Positions 35,047 to 43,000 of a stretch of DNA of 55,672 nucleotides are shown one piece after another. A program made the position numbers and the translations under genes. The DNA is from an uncultured Candidatus Saccharibacteria bacterium (lineage in GTDB: Bacteria > Patescibacteriota > Minisyncoccia > Sungbacterales > SURF-37), in contig CAYIKH010000002.1 in the NCBI GenBank assembly GCA_964363965.1, forward strand, positions 1 to 55,672, read 5' to 3'. Below the pieces are notes generated by a model that was not told the origin of the DNA, ran no database searches, and worked only from the letters and a program-made list of their open reading frames with translations. Numbering within the stretch: the first letter of the stretch is position 1; each line of letters begins with the position of its first letter.

Positions 35047-35086
35047 GCCGCTCTCGCACGAAGCATTCGTGCGCGGGCGGTTTTTT
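35047..35086 (+). terminator. Rho-independent terminator of the small membrane protein gene
   Basis: Imperfect long stem around CGCACGAA(GCA)TTCGTGCG, extended by flanking GC pairs and followed by TTTTTT. Confidence 0.6.
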
Positions 35087-35134
35087 CATGTTTATGCTAA
35101 ACGTGTTTGGAATTTTTAATTTTGGTCATTGAGG

Positions 35135-35173
35135 TTTGTTTAGGATTTAGAAATTAGGATTTAGGATTTGAGG
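35135..35173. repeat. AT-rich intergenic motif family, copy C (TTTGTTTAGGATTTAGAA + ATTAGGATTTAGGATTTGAGG)
   Basis: It lies between the small-protein terminator and the 3' end of the GspE/PilB gene. All three copies share the same strand orientation, regardless of the orientation of flanking genes. Confidence 0.45.
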
Positions 35174-35182
35174 CTTCGGAGT

Positions 35183-36847
35183 TCATCCGGCGCCGACCAC
35201 CCGCTCGACCTCGGCTAAATCCGTTATGCCGTCAAGGACCTTTAAAATCCCATCTTGCCTCATGGTGATCTGTCCCTGTTCGCGCATGGCGTTTTTAAGA
35301 TCCACCTCCGAGGGTTTCCTAAACACCAGCGGCTCAACTTGATCATCCACCAGGATTATTTCAAACACTCCGATTCGGCTTTTGTAGCCGGTGCCGTTGC
35401 ACTCGCCGCAGCCGACGGCTTGCCACAGCTTAAACGGCGGCCTGATCCCGGGTTTAGGCACGGCTGGGGGCAAAGCAGCAATTTCTTTTTGGATGGCCGC
35501 GATTTCGGCAACCGAAGGGCGATACTCTTTTTTACATTTGGCGCATAGCTTGCGCACCAGTCTTTGAGCCATGGCCACATTGATGGCCGGGGCCACAATA
35601 GCCGGATCCACGCCAAGATCCAAGAGGCGGGGAATGGTTCCGGCGGCGTTGTTGGTGTGGAGAGTGGAGAAGACCAGGTGGCCGGTTAAGCTTGCGTGCA
35701 TGGCCGTCTGGGCGGTCTCCAGATCCCGTATTTCGCCGACCAAAATAACATCCGGGTCTTGGCGCAGGATCGAGCGCAGGCCGCCGGCAAAATCATAACC
35801 GGCGCCAGGATCAACCTGGGTCTGCTCAACTCCGGCCAGGTGATATTCAATCGGGTCCTCAAGAGTGATGATTTTAACGCCGGGTTTGTAGACCTTGCGC
35901 AAAAATGCATAGAGGGTGGTGGTTTTACCCGAACCGGTCGGGCCGGTGGTTAGGATCATGCCATTGGGTTTTAAAAGTTCGCGATCCATGGCGCTCGAAA
36001 TCCACGGCTGCATGCCGAGCTCCCCAAAGCCGATGGCAATGGTTTTGGGGTTTAGGATCCTAAGAACAATATTTTCGCCGTAGGGCCCGGGCAGGGTGGA
36101 AGTTCGCACCTCCATTTCGATTCCTTCAACTTTTATGGTGAAACGCCCGTCTTGGCCCCGTGCTTGGATGTTTAATTTCATTTCGGAGATGAGCTTGATC
36201 CGCGAGAGTATGAACTTGAAGGCTGCACTCGGCAGGGTGGCCACATCGTTAAGCACCCCATCCAGGCGGTAGCGCAAGCGAACTAATTCGGCCTGGGACT
36301 CAAGGTGCACGTCGGAGGCGTCAACCTCCAGGGCCCCGGCCAGGATTATCTCCAGGATATCGGTGGTGCGTTGGGATTTAACCGTGCCGAGGAGGGCGGC
36401 GACGTCAGATAGGGTTTTTGCCTTGGAGCGGAATTCGGCTAGTCTCTCCGAGGAGACTTCCACCTCGCCGGTAATGACCCGGCCGCGTCTGGCCACCTGA
36501 CTATAAAACTTCCAGCCTTTTTCGAGACTGGCTCGCGAAACAAGAAATAAATCCCAGCTATAGCGCTGGCGGGCCAATGAATCCAAAACCGCTTTGGTTT
36601 TGGGGTTATCGGGATTGCGCACTCCAATTTCAAGCTTGCGGCCGGCTTTTTGGATGACGGCCAGCTCCGCCTCCCGGGCTTCAGCTTCTTTCACCAAGCC
36701 CAAGGCATCAACATTGACGGGCAGGATCGACAAATCAGCGTAGGGGAGATGGTATTTGCCGGACAGGATCTTTACCGTATCCTCTTCTTCTTTGCGCAGG
36801 AGTCTGGAAATTTTTTGCTTTTGTTGGCTTTCCTCGAAGGTTACCAC
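35183..36847 (-). CDS. Type II secretion / type IV pilus assembly ATPase (GspE/PilB family)
   Basis: 554 aa. Walker A GPTGSGKTT; Asp box; His box; tetracysteine motif CAKC...CGEC; N-terminal GspII-like domain. Confidence 0.9.
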   Translation of the reverse strand: MVTFEESQQKQKISRLLRKEEEDTVKILSGKYHLPYADLSILPVNVDALGLVKEAEAREAELAVIQKAGRKLEIGVRNPDNPKTKAVLDSLARQRYSWDLFLVSRASLEKGWKFYSQVARRGRVITGEVEVSSERLAEFRSKAKTLSDVAALLGTVKSQRTTDILEIILAGALEVDASDVHLESQAELVRLRYRLDGVLNDVATLPSAAFKFILSRIKLISEMKLNIQARGQDGRFTIKVEGIEMEVRTSTLPGPYGENIVLRILNPKTIAIGFGELGMQPWISSAMDRELLKPNGMILTTGPTGSGKTTTLYAFLRKVYKPGVKIITLEDPIEYHLAGVEQTQVDPGAGYDFAGGLRSILRQDPDVILVGEIRDLETAQTAMHASLTGHLVFSTLHTNNAAGTIPRLLDLGVDPAIVAPAINVAMAQRLVRKLCAKCKKEYRPSVAEIAAIQKEIAALPPAVPKPGIRPPFKLWQAVGCGECNGTGYKSRIGVFEIILVDDQVEPLVFRKPSEVDLKNAMREQGQITMRQDGILKVLDGITDLAEVERVVGAG

Positions 36848-36864
36848 AATAGGGGGCTACCTGT

Positions 36865-38016
36865 TCATTCTACCGCACCTGAGTTGTGGAGCAATTGCGA
36901 AATTTGTTTTTCCGCGGCCGCAAACGACGGGAAACGTTGCTCGAGACAGAGATAGCCCCGCGGGTCCAAAGGCGCCTCTGGCGATAAGGCTTTGAGCCGG
37001 GTCTCATCATCATGAGCCAGGAGGCCGCGGACGACATCTTGGCTAGGGTCATGCCACAAAAGGACATGCCATTCCGCTCCAGGATAGAGCTCTTTAAGGA
37101 TGGGCATGATTAACATGGGCGCTTCGCTCGCGCCTCCTGTTTTCAGGAGATCGTCTTTGGTGAGTAGCGACCAGAGGGTGAGCGATTCCTCGTCCCAACG
37201 CGAGCGGGCCATGGCTCGTCCAGCCAGTCTAGCTTCCTCAAGAGAGCGGCCATAGTTGAGAGCGCGAGCCGCGCGAGGCAGATCCCCGCCGCATCTCATA
37301 AGCCGGGCGGCCAGGACCAGGGCATTGGCTGTGGTCTTAGCCGGCCGGAAGCCGTGAGTTGAGGCATAAAGACTGCAAAGAAGCGCCGTGGCAGTCTCAA
37401 GATCATCGGACGGGACTTTAAGCGCGGCGAGAAGCCTATCTATCAATTCTGGAAGGGTAGCCGGGCCGTCATGTCCCCTCGGGCTAGCGGCGAGGTTGAA
37501 TTCGCCGTAGCCGGTATTGGCCGGATGGTCATCAATGTTGACGACCGGCTTCTCGTGGAGCAATTCCGGAACGCGGCTGAGGCTTGAGGACGCGGTTTCG
37601 AGATTTGGCACGCCGAGAGTAATAACCAGATCATAGCGCAGCGGCCCGCTGCGGAACTCGATGTCCTCCTTAGAGAGGTGCGACTTTGTGGGCGAGAGAA
37701 TGATGTTCAGGCGGTTCTGGTCGCGTTCATATTTTAATTCCCGGATGGGCGAGCGGGTAACGTCAAAGGAGATGATTAAGTCCCGGAGCGGCTCGTCATC
37801 GGCATCAAGTACGGGCCAAGGCAGGAGTCCCCGAGCTGGCAGGACCGGCGGGGCAAAGACGGTAACGGCCTTTTCGAGCTTAGCCAGAGCCGCGGTCAAA
37901 ACCCGGACCGAGCCAAGGATGTCCATTCCCGGAGAGTCGGGCAGGACAATGGCAATGGCCGAACTTTCAGCGATTTGGGCCGCAACCTGCTCGAAGTTTG
38001 AAGCGTTATTGGTCAT
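36865..38016 (-). CDS. DHH-family phosphoesterase (NrnA/DhhP-like, DHH + DHHA1)
   Basis: VNIDDHPANTGYG matches a DHH-motif variant. The C-terminal DHHA1-like region carries GGH-type residues. 383 aa. Confidence 0.7.
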   Translation of the reverse strand: MTNNASNFEQVAAQIAESSAIAIVLPDSPGMDILGSVRVLTAALAKLEKAVTVFAPPVLPARGLLPWPVLDADDEPLRDLIISFDVTRSPIRELKYERDQNRLNIILSPTKSHLSKEDIEFRSGPLRYDLVITLGVPNLETASSSLSRVPELLHEKPVVNIDDHPANTGYGEFNLAASPRGHDGPATLPELIDRLLAALKVPSDDLETATALLCSLYASTHGFRPAKTTANALVLAARLMRCGGDLPRAARALNYGRSLEEARLAGRAMARSRWDEESLTLWSLLTKDDLLKTGGASEAPMLIMPILKELYPGAEWHVLLWHDPSQDVVRGLLAHDDETRLKALSPEAPLDPRGYLCLEQRFPSFAAAEKQISQLLHNSGAVE

Positions 38017-38112
38017 GGCGATTTGAAATTGGCAGTGAGTTTACCCCATTGGTAGCGCGTCTTGTTGCTAAGTCAATGGAAGATTGTGCATAAGTGGAGC
38101 AGTTTGCCTACC

Positions 38113-38140
38113 TTGACTTTTCGCATCAATTCTATATAAT
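38113..38140 (+). promoter_or_regulatory. Sigma70-like promoter for the lipoprotein pair
   Basis: TTGACT-16 nt-TATAAT about 70 nt upstream of the 38210 start, which has SD AAGGAGGAG. Confidence 0.45.
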
Positions 38141-38209
38141 ATAGACAAACTGGCCCTTAGGCGTAGTTTTACTGAAATTCAAGTCCTCGAAAAGATAAGG
38201 AGGAGAGAT

Positions 38210-38728
38210 ATGAAAAGGGCAGTCTGGTTCTTTGTCATTCTTGCGCCGCTTCTTGCGGCCTGCGCCGGCCCAGTCTCGGATCGCGAGCTTTTCCCGCAAC
38301 GGAACACCAACCCCACCATTGGGCTCATCCGGAACTGGGGCACCACCAGCCTCAATGTTTGGGTCTATGACCAGGCCAACCGGTTGGTAGAGAAGATCTA
38401 TCTTCCGCCAGCCAAGGCCCCCCTCCCCGAGATAAGCGTCAGCTACGTGAGGAATGAGCGCCAGCCGGTGGTGATTGCCAAGGACTATCCCATCGGCCAC
38501 TACCGGGTGGAGTACATTCCCTTTTACTTCATATGGGGAGTACTCTCTGGTCGGCAGCGCGTGGATCTGCCACGTGGCTCTTCTTCGATCTATGTGGGGC
38601 GTGATCCTAACCAGACCTACGATCAGCGGACTGGCCGTCACTGGGGCTGGGTTCTCGAGCTAAACGGCGGGGATGTTCCGAGGGACCCATACCTCAGGAA
38701 TCTCAACTTCAGCATCAACTGCTGCTAG
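38210..38728 (+). CDS. Lipoprotein (lipobox LLAAC)
   Basis: MKRAVWFFVILAPLLAAC: signal peptide plus lipobox Cys. The protein ends ...NCC. High GC. Confidence 0.6.
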   Translation: MKRAVWFFVILAPLLAACAGPVSDRELFPQRNTNPTIGLIRNWGTTSLNVWVYDQANRLVEKIYLPPAKAPLPEISVSYVRNERQPVVIAKDYPIGHYRVEYIPFYFIWGVLSGRQRVDLPRGSSSIYVGRDPNQTYDQRTGRHWGWVLELNGGDVPRDPYLRNLNFSINCC

Positions 38729-38741
38729 GGAGGTGATGATC

Positions 38742-39299
38742 ATGAAGCTCCTTCACTCTATGTCAGTTGTTCTCCTCGCGGCGGGCTGCGCGACTGCAGG
38801 GGATAAGCCCCCGGCGATCACCCCGCACGCCGAAGCTGGAGTGGGCATCACCGTCTGGAAGATTCCGGTGGCCGGGTTCGGCTTGTGGTTCCCGCCCGGC
38901 TACGGAGCGGCAGGATCGCAGGTGGTGATCCATCAGTATTCCTACCAGGCGGTGCCGCCCACTACCCAGGCAGGAATCCCAGTAGAGCCGCCTGGGCCGC
39001 CGACGCCGGTTCCTTACCAGACGGTATATCAAGCCGCACCCTTCGATGACCCGACGCTCGTGATTTTCCAGAACGGGAGCGATCGGGTTACCTTCCGCAT
39101 TCAGGTGGATGACCGGGAGCCAATCACCCTCGGGCCGCGCCAGGTCAGCGCCAACCTCCACCTGGATATGGGCGACCACCAGGTGAAGGTCAGCGGCACG
39201 CTCCCGACATTCTTCGGCTCCAAGGATATCCCGGAGCGAAAGGTTCCCCTCAGGATTGATTCGCGGGGTAGATCCCAGATCATCCACCTTGCTGAGTAA
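38742..39299 (+). CDS. Lipoprotein (lipobox LAAGC), Pro-rich
   Basis: Start moved to MKLLHSMSVVLLAAGCA, preceded by strong SD GGGAGGTG. The track ORF starts 23 codons earlier. Confidence 0.6.
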   Translation: MKLLHSMSVVLLAAGCATAGDKPPAITPHAEAGVGITVWKIPVAGFGLWFPPGYGAAGSQVVIHQYSYQAVPPTTQAGIPVEPPGPPTPVPYQTVYQAAPFDDPTLVIFQNGSDRVTFRIQVDDREPITLGPRQVSANLHLDMGDHQVKVSGTLPTFFGSKDIPERKVPLRIDSRGRSQIIHLAE

Positions 39300-39306
39300 G
39301 GTGGAG

Positions 39307-39346
39307 CCCCGAGATGATGCAAGAGCGCATCCCCTCGGGGTTTTTT
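39307..39346 (+). terminator. Rho-independent terminator after the lipoprotein pair
   Basis: CCCCGAG ... CTCGGGG stem (7 bp, 20-nt loop) followed by TTTTTTATT. The U-tract is also the 5' end of repeat R1. Confidence 0.6.
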
Positions 39347-39510
39347 ATTGCGCTAAGCGCCGAATACCTCGCCGCTTGCGGCGAGGATGAAGGCGCACAT
39401 TGAAAGCGAGCGTGCCGAGATGGTCGAGGCGCGCGAGCACATTCGCAACAAAGCAGCACTTCAATACCGCACCGCTTGCGGTGCGGATGCTTTATTGTTG
39501 GTCCGCTAAG
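39341..39510. repeat. Dispersed GC-rich repeat, copy R1
   Basis: About 90% identical to 46205-46405 outside one indel. It contains two 8-bp hairpins with CTTG loops (CCTCGCCG-CTTG-CGGCGAGG and CCGCACCG-CTTG-CGGTGCGG). A 40-codon ORF (MKAHIESERAEMVEAREHIRNKAALQYRTA...) starts at 39387. Confidence 0.6.
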
Positions 39511-39791
39511 GCAAGCCAAAGGCGAAGCCTGAGCGGTAACCAACAATAGAACCCCGCTCCAATTTTGCCCCAGTAAAAAGAACTACTTCTCGACTCTAAT
39601 CAGTCACCTTTAAGTTTCTGCGATTTGCGTGAGCGAATAGCTCATCCCTTGATGGGTCCAGACGCGAGAGCTTCCCGCGGAGCGCGTCTCCGAAGCGGAT
39701 CGCCGCGTGCTACCACGCAAAATTGGCGCGGGGTCGCATCAGTATCATCCAAAACTATTCTTCAAGCATCTAAAATCTGCTAGGGTAAAGC

Positions 39792-40301
39792 ATGACCGTT
39801 TTTGTGAGTCGAGGCCCTAGCCAGACCAAAAAACTTGCCAAGCGCATTCTTGTCTCTCGGCTTAAGGCCGCGTCGAGACCAGCGATTCTTGCCCTTCGTG
39901 GTGAGCTCGGCAGCGGCAAGACCACGTTTATTCAGGGACTAGCTCGCGCCTTGGGCATCCGCGAAAAAATTCAGAGCCCCACCTTTGTAATCATGAAGTG
40001 GTACGTACTCCCCAGGCGATTTCAATCCTTTCGCCATCTCGTTCATCTGGACGCCTATCGCCTGGAGAGAGCTAAAGAGGCTAAGCATCTGGGTCTCGAC
40101 CATATCTTTCAAGACCCAGACGCCATAATCGTCGTGGAATGGGCCGAGCGTATCAAGAGACTAATTCCCAAAAGTGCTTACTGGATTAAGTTCCAACACG
40201 GGGAGAAACCCCATGAGCGGATCATTCAACTTAGAATACAAATGCCAAAGTTCAAAATGCAGGAAGCCGCCGTAGGCAGCAACGAGAATTTTTCATTTTG
40301 A
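39792..40301 (+). CDS. tsaE: tRNA threonylcarbamoyladenosine biosynthesis protein TsaE
   Basis: P-loop LRGELGSGKTTFIQGLARALGI and TsaE motifs. The last roughly 20 codons lie inside repeat R3a. Confidence 0.85.
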   Translation: MTVFVSRGPSQTKKLAKRILVSRLKAASRPAILALRGELGSGKTTFIQGLARALGIREKIQSPTFVIMKWYVLPRRFQSFRHLVHLDAYRLERAKEAKHLGLDHIFQDPDAIIVVEWAERIKRLIPKSAYWIKFQHGEKPHERIIQLRIQMPKFKMQEAAVGSNENFSF

Positions 40302-40321
40302 CTTTTGAGTTTTGAATTTTT
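40237..40321. repeat. Roughly 85-bp repeat, copy R3a (upstream of polA)
   Basis: Matches 42912-43000 at about 80% identity: CAAAGTKCAAAAT...GGAAGCCGCC..GGC.GCAAC...AATTTTT..TTTTGA..TTTGARTTTTGAA. It ends at the polA start codon, and neither gene has an SD. Confidence 0.5.
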
Positions 40322-42904
40322 ATGAAACGACTTGTCCTCATTGATGCTCATGCCGTCATCCACCGCGCCTGGCATGCTCTGCCGCCGCTGACTGGCCCCG
40401 ACGGCCAACCGGTCAGTGCCGTCTATGGCTTTGTTTCTATTTTGCTGAAGATGTTGAAGGACTTAAAGCCGGATTACGTCGCGGCCGCGTTTGATCATGA
40501 GGGGCCGACTTTCCGGCATCTGGCTTATGAGCGCTATAAAGCCGAGCGGGTCAAAGCCCCGCCGGCTCTTTATCAGCAGATTCCCATGGTCAAGGACTTG
40601 GTAAAAACCTTTGGCATTCCCATTACCGAGAAACGCGGCTATGAAGCTGATGACATCATCGGAACCATTGCCGGTCTCGTCCGTCGTCAACACCCGGATA
40701 CTGAAATTATCATCGTCACCGGGGATCTCGACACCCTGCAGCTGGTTGACCGCCGCACCAGGGTTTTTACCATGCGCCGCGGCGTGACTGACACCGTGCT
40801 CTACGATGAAGCCGCCGTGCGCGAGCGTTATGGCCTGTCTCCAGCGCAGCTTATAGATTTTAAGGGGCTGGCCGGCGATCCTTCGGATAACATCCCGGGA
40901 GTGAAGGGCGTCGGCGCAAAGACCGCCTCCGCGCTTCTTAAGCGTTACGGCAGCATCGAGAAAATTTACCAAGCCCTCAAGAAAAGCAAGCTCACCGCCA
41001 AGCCCTCGGCCATCGAGGCCTTGCGCCGCCACGAGGCGGATGCTCTGTTTTCCAAGACCCTGGTCACAATTGATCGCAACGTTCCCATCAAATTCGTTCT
41101 GGCCTCCGCCCGACTGCGTAAGTCAGCATTCGAGAAAGTCCGCCCGGCATTGGAGAAACTGGGGTTCTCAAGTCTAATCCGGCGTCTCGGCGGACAGGAG
41201 GCCGATGCGACTTCAATCCCAAGCTCATCGCCAGAGTTAAAGTTGCCATCCCCCCGTGTTATTGCGGCCAAAACTTTTGATGCCGTCCCGCGCCGCGCGG
41301 AGGCGGCGATGCTGAAGGATCCCGGCCGAGCGCTTATCCTGGTGGCGGTTGATTCGAGCCATGTTTATGAAGTCCCAGTCGCGGCTTTGGCCGGGAGTCA
41401 GGCCAGATCGTGGTTCGCCAGCCGACCGCCGAGCTATGTCTTTGGCCTTAAGTCGTTTCTCTATATGGGCTTGGCCTTTGAGCTGGCCAACAGGGTCCGC
41501 GACCTTGCGGTAATATGGTGGCTGCTTGAGCCCGGCCGCCGGAGTTACGAGCCGGAAGTCCTGATACGAAGGGAGCTACGCGGCGTTATTGCGCATACAC
41601 CGCTCGAGACGGCAGCACTACTTCAGAGGCTTATCCCGATTTTGGAAAAGCGCCTCCATGACGAAGATCTGCTTAAGGTTTATGAAGAACTTGAATCGCC
41701 CTTGACCCCGCTTCTTTATCAAATGGAGAAGAGGGGGATCGGATTTAGAGCCGCGCATTTGAAAAAATTATCCGCCAGGATGAAGCGGGAACTCCAAGGA
41801 CTTGAGAAGAAAATTCATCGCGCCGCGGGCGGACCGTTTAATATCAACTCCCCCCGGCAGCTGTCCTCGGTTTTATTTGAACGCCTGAATCTCGCGCCCA
41901 AAGGCATTCGCAAGACCGAAAAGTTGGGGGTCATATCCACTCGCGAATCCGAGCTTACCCGACTCCGCCACCTTCATCCGATTATTGGCGATATTCTTCG
42001 CTACCGCGAAATAACCAAGCTTAAATCCACTTACGTTGACGCCCTGCCCAAGCTTGTCGGCTCCGATGGCCGGATCCACACCACTTGGAATCAGACCGGC
42101 ACGGTCACTGGTCGTCTGTCCTCGCAAAATCCCAATCTTCAGAATATCCCGATCCGCTCCGAATATGGCCGCGAAATTAGGAATGCATTCGTAGCCGAGA
42201 AGGGATTTAGCCTGGTTGCCTGTGACTACTCGCAGCTGGAATTGCGCATTGCCGCGGATCTGGCTCGCGATCCAAAAATGATTGAAGCCTTCCGGCACGG
42301 CCTCGACATTCATCGCCTCACCGCTGCCGAGATCAATAATCTGCCCTTGGCCGATGTAACCCCCGAACTTCGTTATCAAGCCAAAGCCCTGAATTTCGGA
42401 ATCCTTTACGGTATGGGGGCGAGGGCCTTTGCTGAATCAGCCCAAATTTCAAGAGAGGCGGCCGAACACTTTATCGAAGAATATTTCCACGATTTTCAAG
42501 GCGTCGCCCGCTTCTTGGAAGAAACGCGGGATTTTGTCCGGGCGAACGGCTACACCAAGACGGCCTTTGGCCGCAAGCGCTTTTTCCCAGACATTGCCGC
42601 GACCAACTTTCGTCTGGCCCGTGAAGCCGAGCGCCAGGCCGTCAACCATCCCATCCAGGGCACGGCGGCCGACATCATGAAAAAAGGCATGATTGCCATC
42701 CAGCGCTGGATTGACAACAAGGGCTGGGGAAAAGAGGTGCGCATGCTTCTTCAGATTCATGACGAGCTGATCTTTGAAATCAGTCAGTCTATACTAAAGG
42801 AGGCGATACCAGAGATTCGGCGCCTGATGGAGGGCGCCTGGTCCGGCACAGTCTCAATGAAAGTTGAGGTCAAGCAGGGGCCAAGCTGGGGCGAACTTGA
42901 GTAA
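40322..42904 (+). CDS. polA: DNA polymerase I
   Basis: 860 aa. 5'-3' exonuclease/FEN domain at the N-terminus. Family A polymerase motifs DYSQLELR (A), RRQAKALNFGILYG (B) and LQIHDEL (C). Confidence 0.95.
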   Translation: MKRLVLIDAHAVIHRAWHALPPLTGPDGQPVSAVYGFVSILLKMLKDLKPDYVAAAFDHEGPTFRHLAYERYKAERVKAPPALYQQIPMVKDLVKTFGIPITEKRGYEADDIIGTIAGLVRRQHPDTEIIIVTGDLDTLQLVDRRTRVFTMRRGVTDTVLYDEAAVRERYGLSPAQLIDFKGLAGDPSDNIPGVKGVGAKTASALLKRYGSIEKIYQALKKSKLTAKPSAIEALRRHEADALFSKTLVTIDRNVPIKFVLASARLRKSAFEKVRPALEKLGFSSLIRRLGGQEADATSIPSSSPELKLPSPRVIAAKTFDAVPRRAEAAMLKDPGRALILVAVDSSHVYEVPVAALAGSQARSWFASRPPSYVFGLKSFLYMGLAFELANRVRDLAVIWWLLEPGRRSYEPEVLIRRELRGVIAHTPLETAALLQRLIPILEKRLHDEDLLKVYEELESPLTPLLYQMEKRGIGFRAAHLKKLSARMKRELQGLEKKIHRAAGGPFNINSPRQLSSVLFERLNLAPKGIRKTEKLGVISTRESELTRLRHLHPIIGDILRYREITKLKSTYVDALPKLVGSDGRIHTTWNQTGTVTGRLSSQNPNLQNIPIRSEYGREIRNAFVAEKGFSLVACDYSQLELRIAADLARDPKMIEAFRHGLDIHRLTAAEINNLPLADVTPELRYQAKALNFGILYGMGARAFAESAQISREAAEHFIEEYFHDFQGVARFLEETRDFVRANGYTKTAFGRKRFFPDIAATNFRLAREAERQAVNHPIQGTAADIMKKGMIAIQRWIDNKGWGKEVRMLLQIHDELIFEISQSILKEAIPEIRRLMEGAWSGTVSMKVEVKQGPSWGELE

Positions 42905-42911
42905 ATTAAAA

Positions 42912-43000
42912 ATGAAAAAATCAAAGTGCAAAATAATGGAAGCCGCCCAGGGCGGCAACCTCAATTTTTATTTTTGATATTTGAATTTTGAACTTTTGCT
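42912..43000. repeat. Roughly 85-bp repeat, copy R3b (polA terminator hairpin + AT-rich block upstream of holA)
   Basis: Contains a perfect hairpin GCCGCCC(A)GGGCGGC (42942-42956) then AACCTCAATTTTTATTTTTGATATTTGAATTTTGAACTTTTGCT, ending at the holA ATG. The same reading frame as the tsaE tail gives MKKSKCKIMEAAQGGNLNFYF, similar to tsaE ...KFKMQEAAVGSNENFSF. Confidence 0.5.

Noticed and set aside
38132-39287. Minus-strand ORFs 38132-38641 and 38763-39287 overlapping the two lipoprotein genes
   Set aside because: The plus-strand genes have an SD, signal peptides and lipoboxes. The minus-strand ORFs are Arg/Gly-rich mirror artefacts of the high-GC region.
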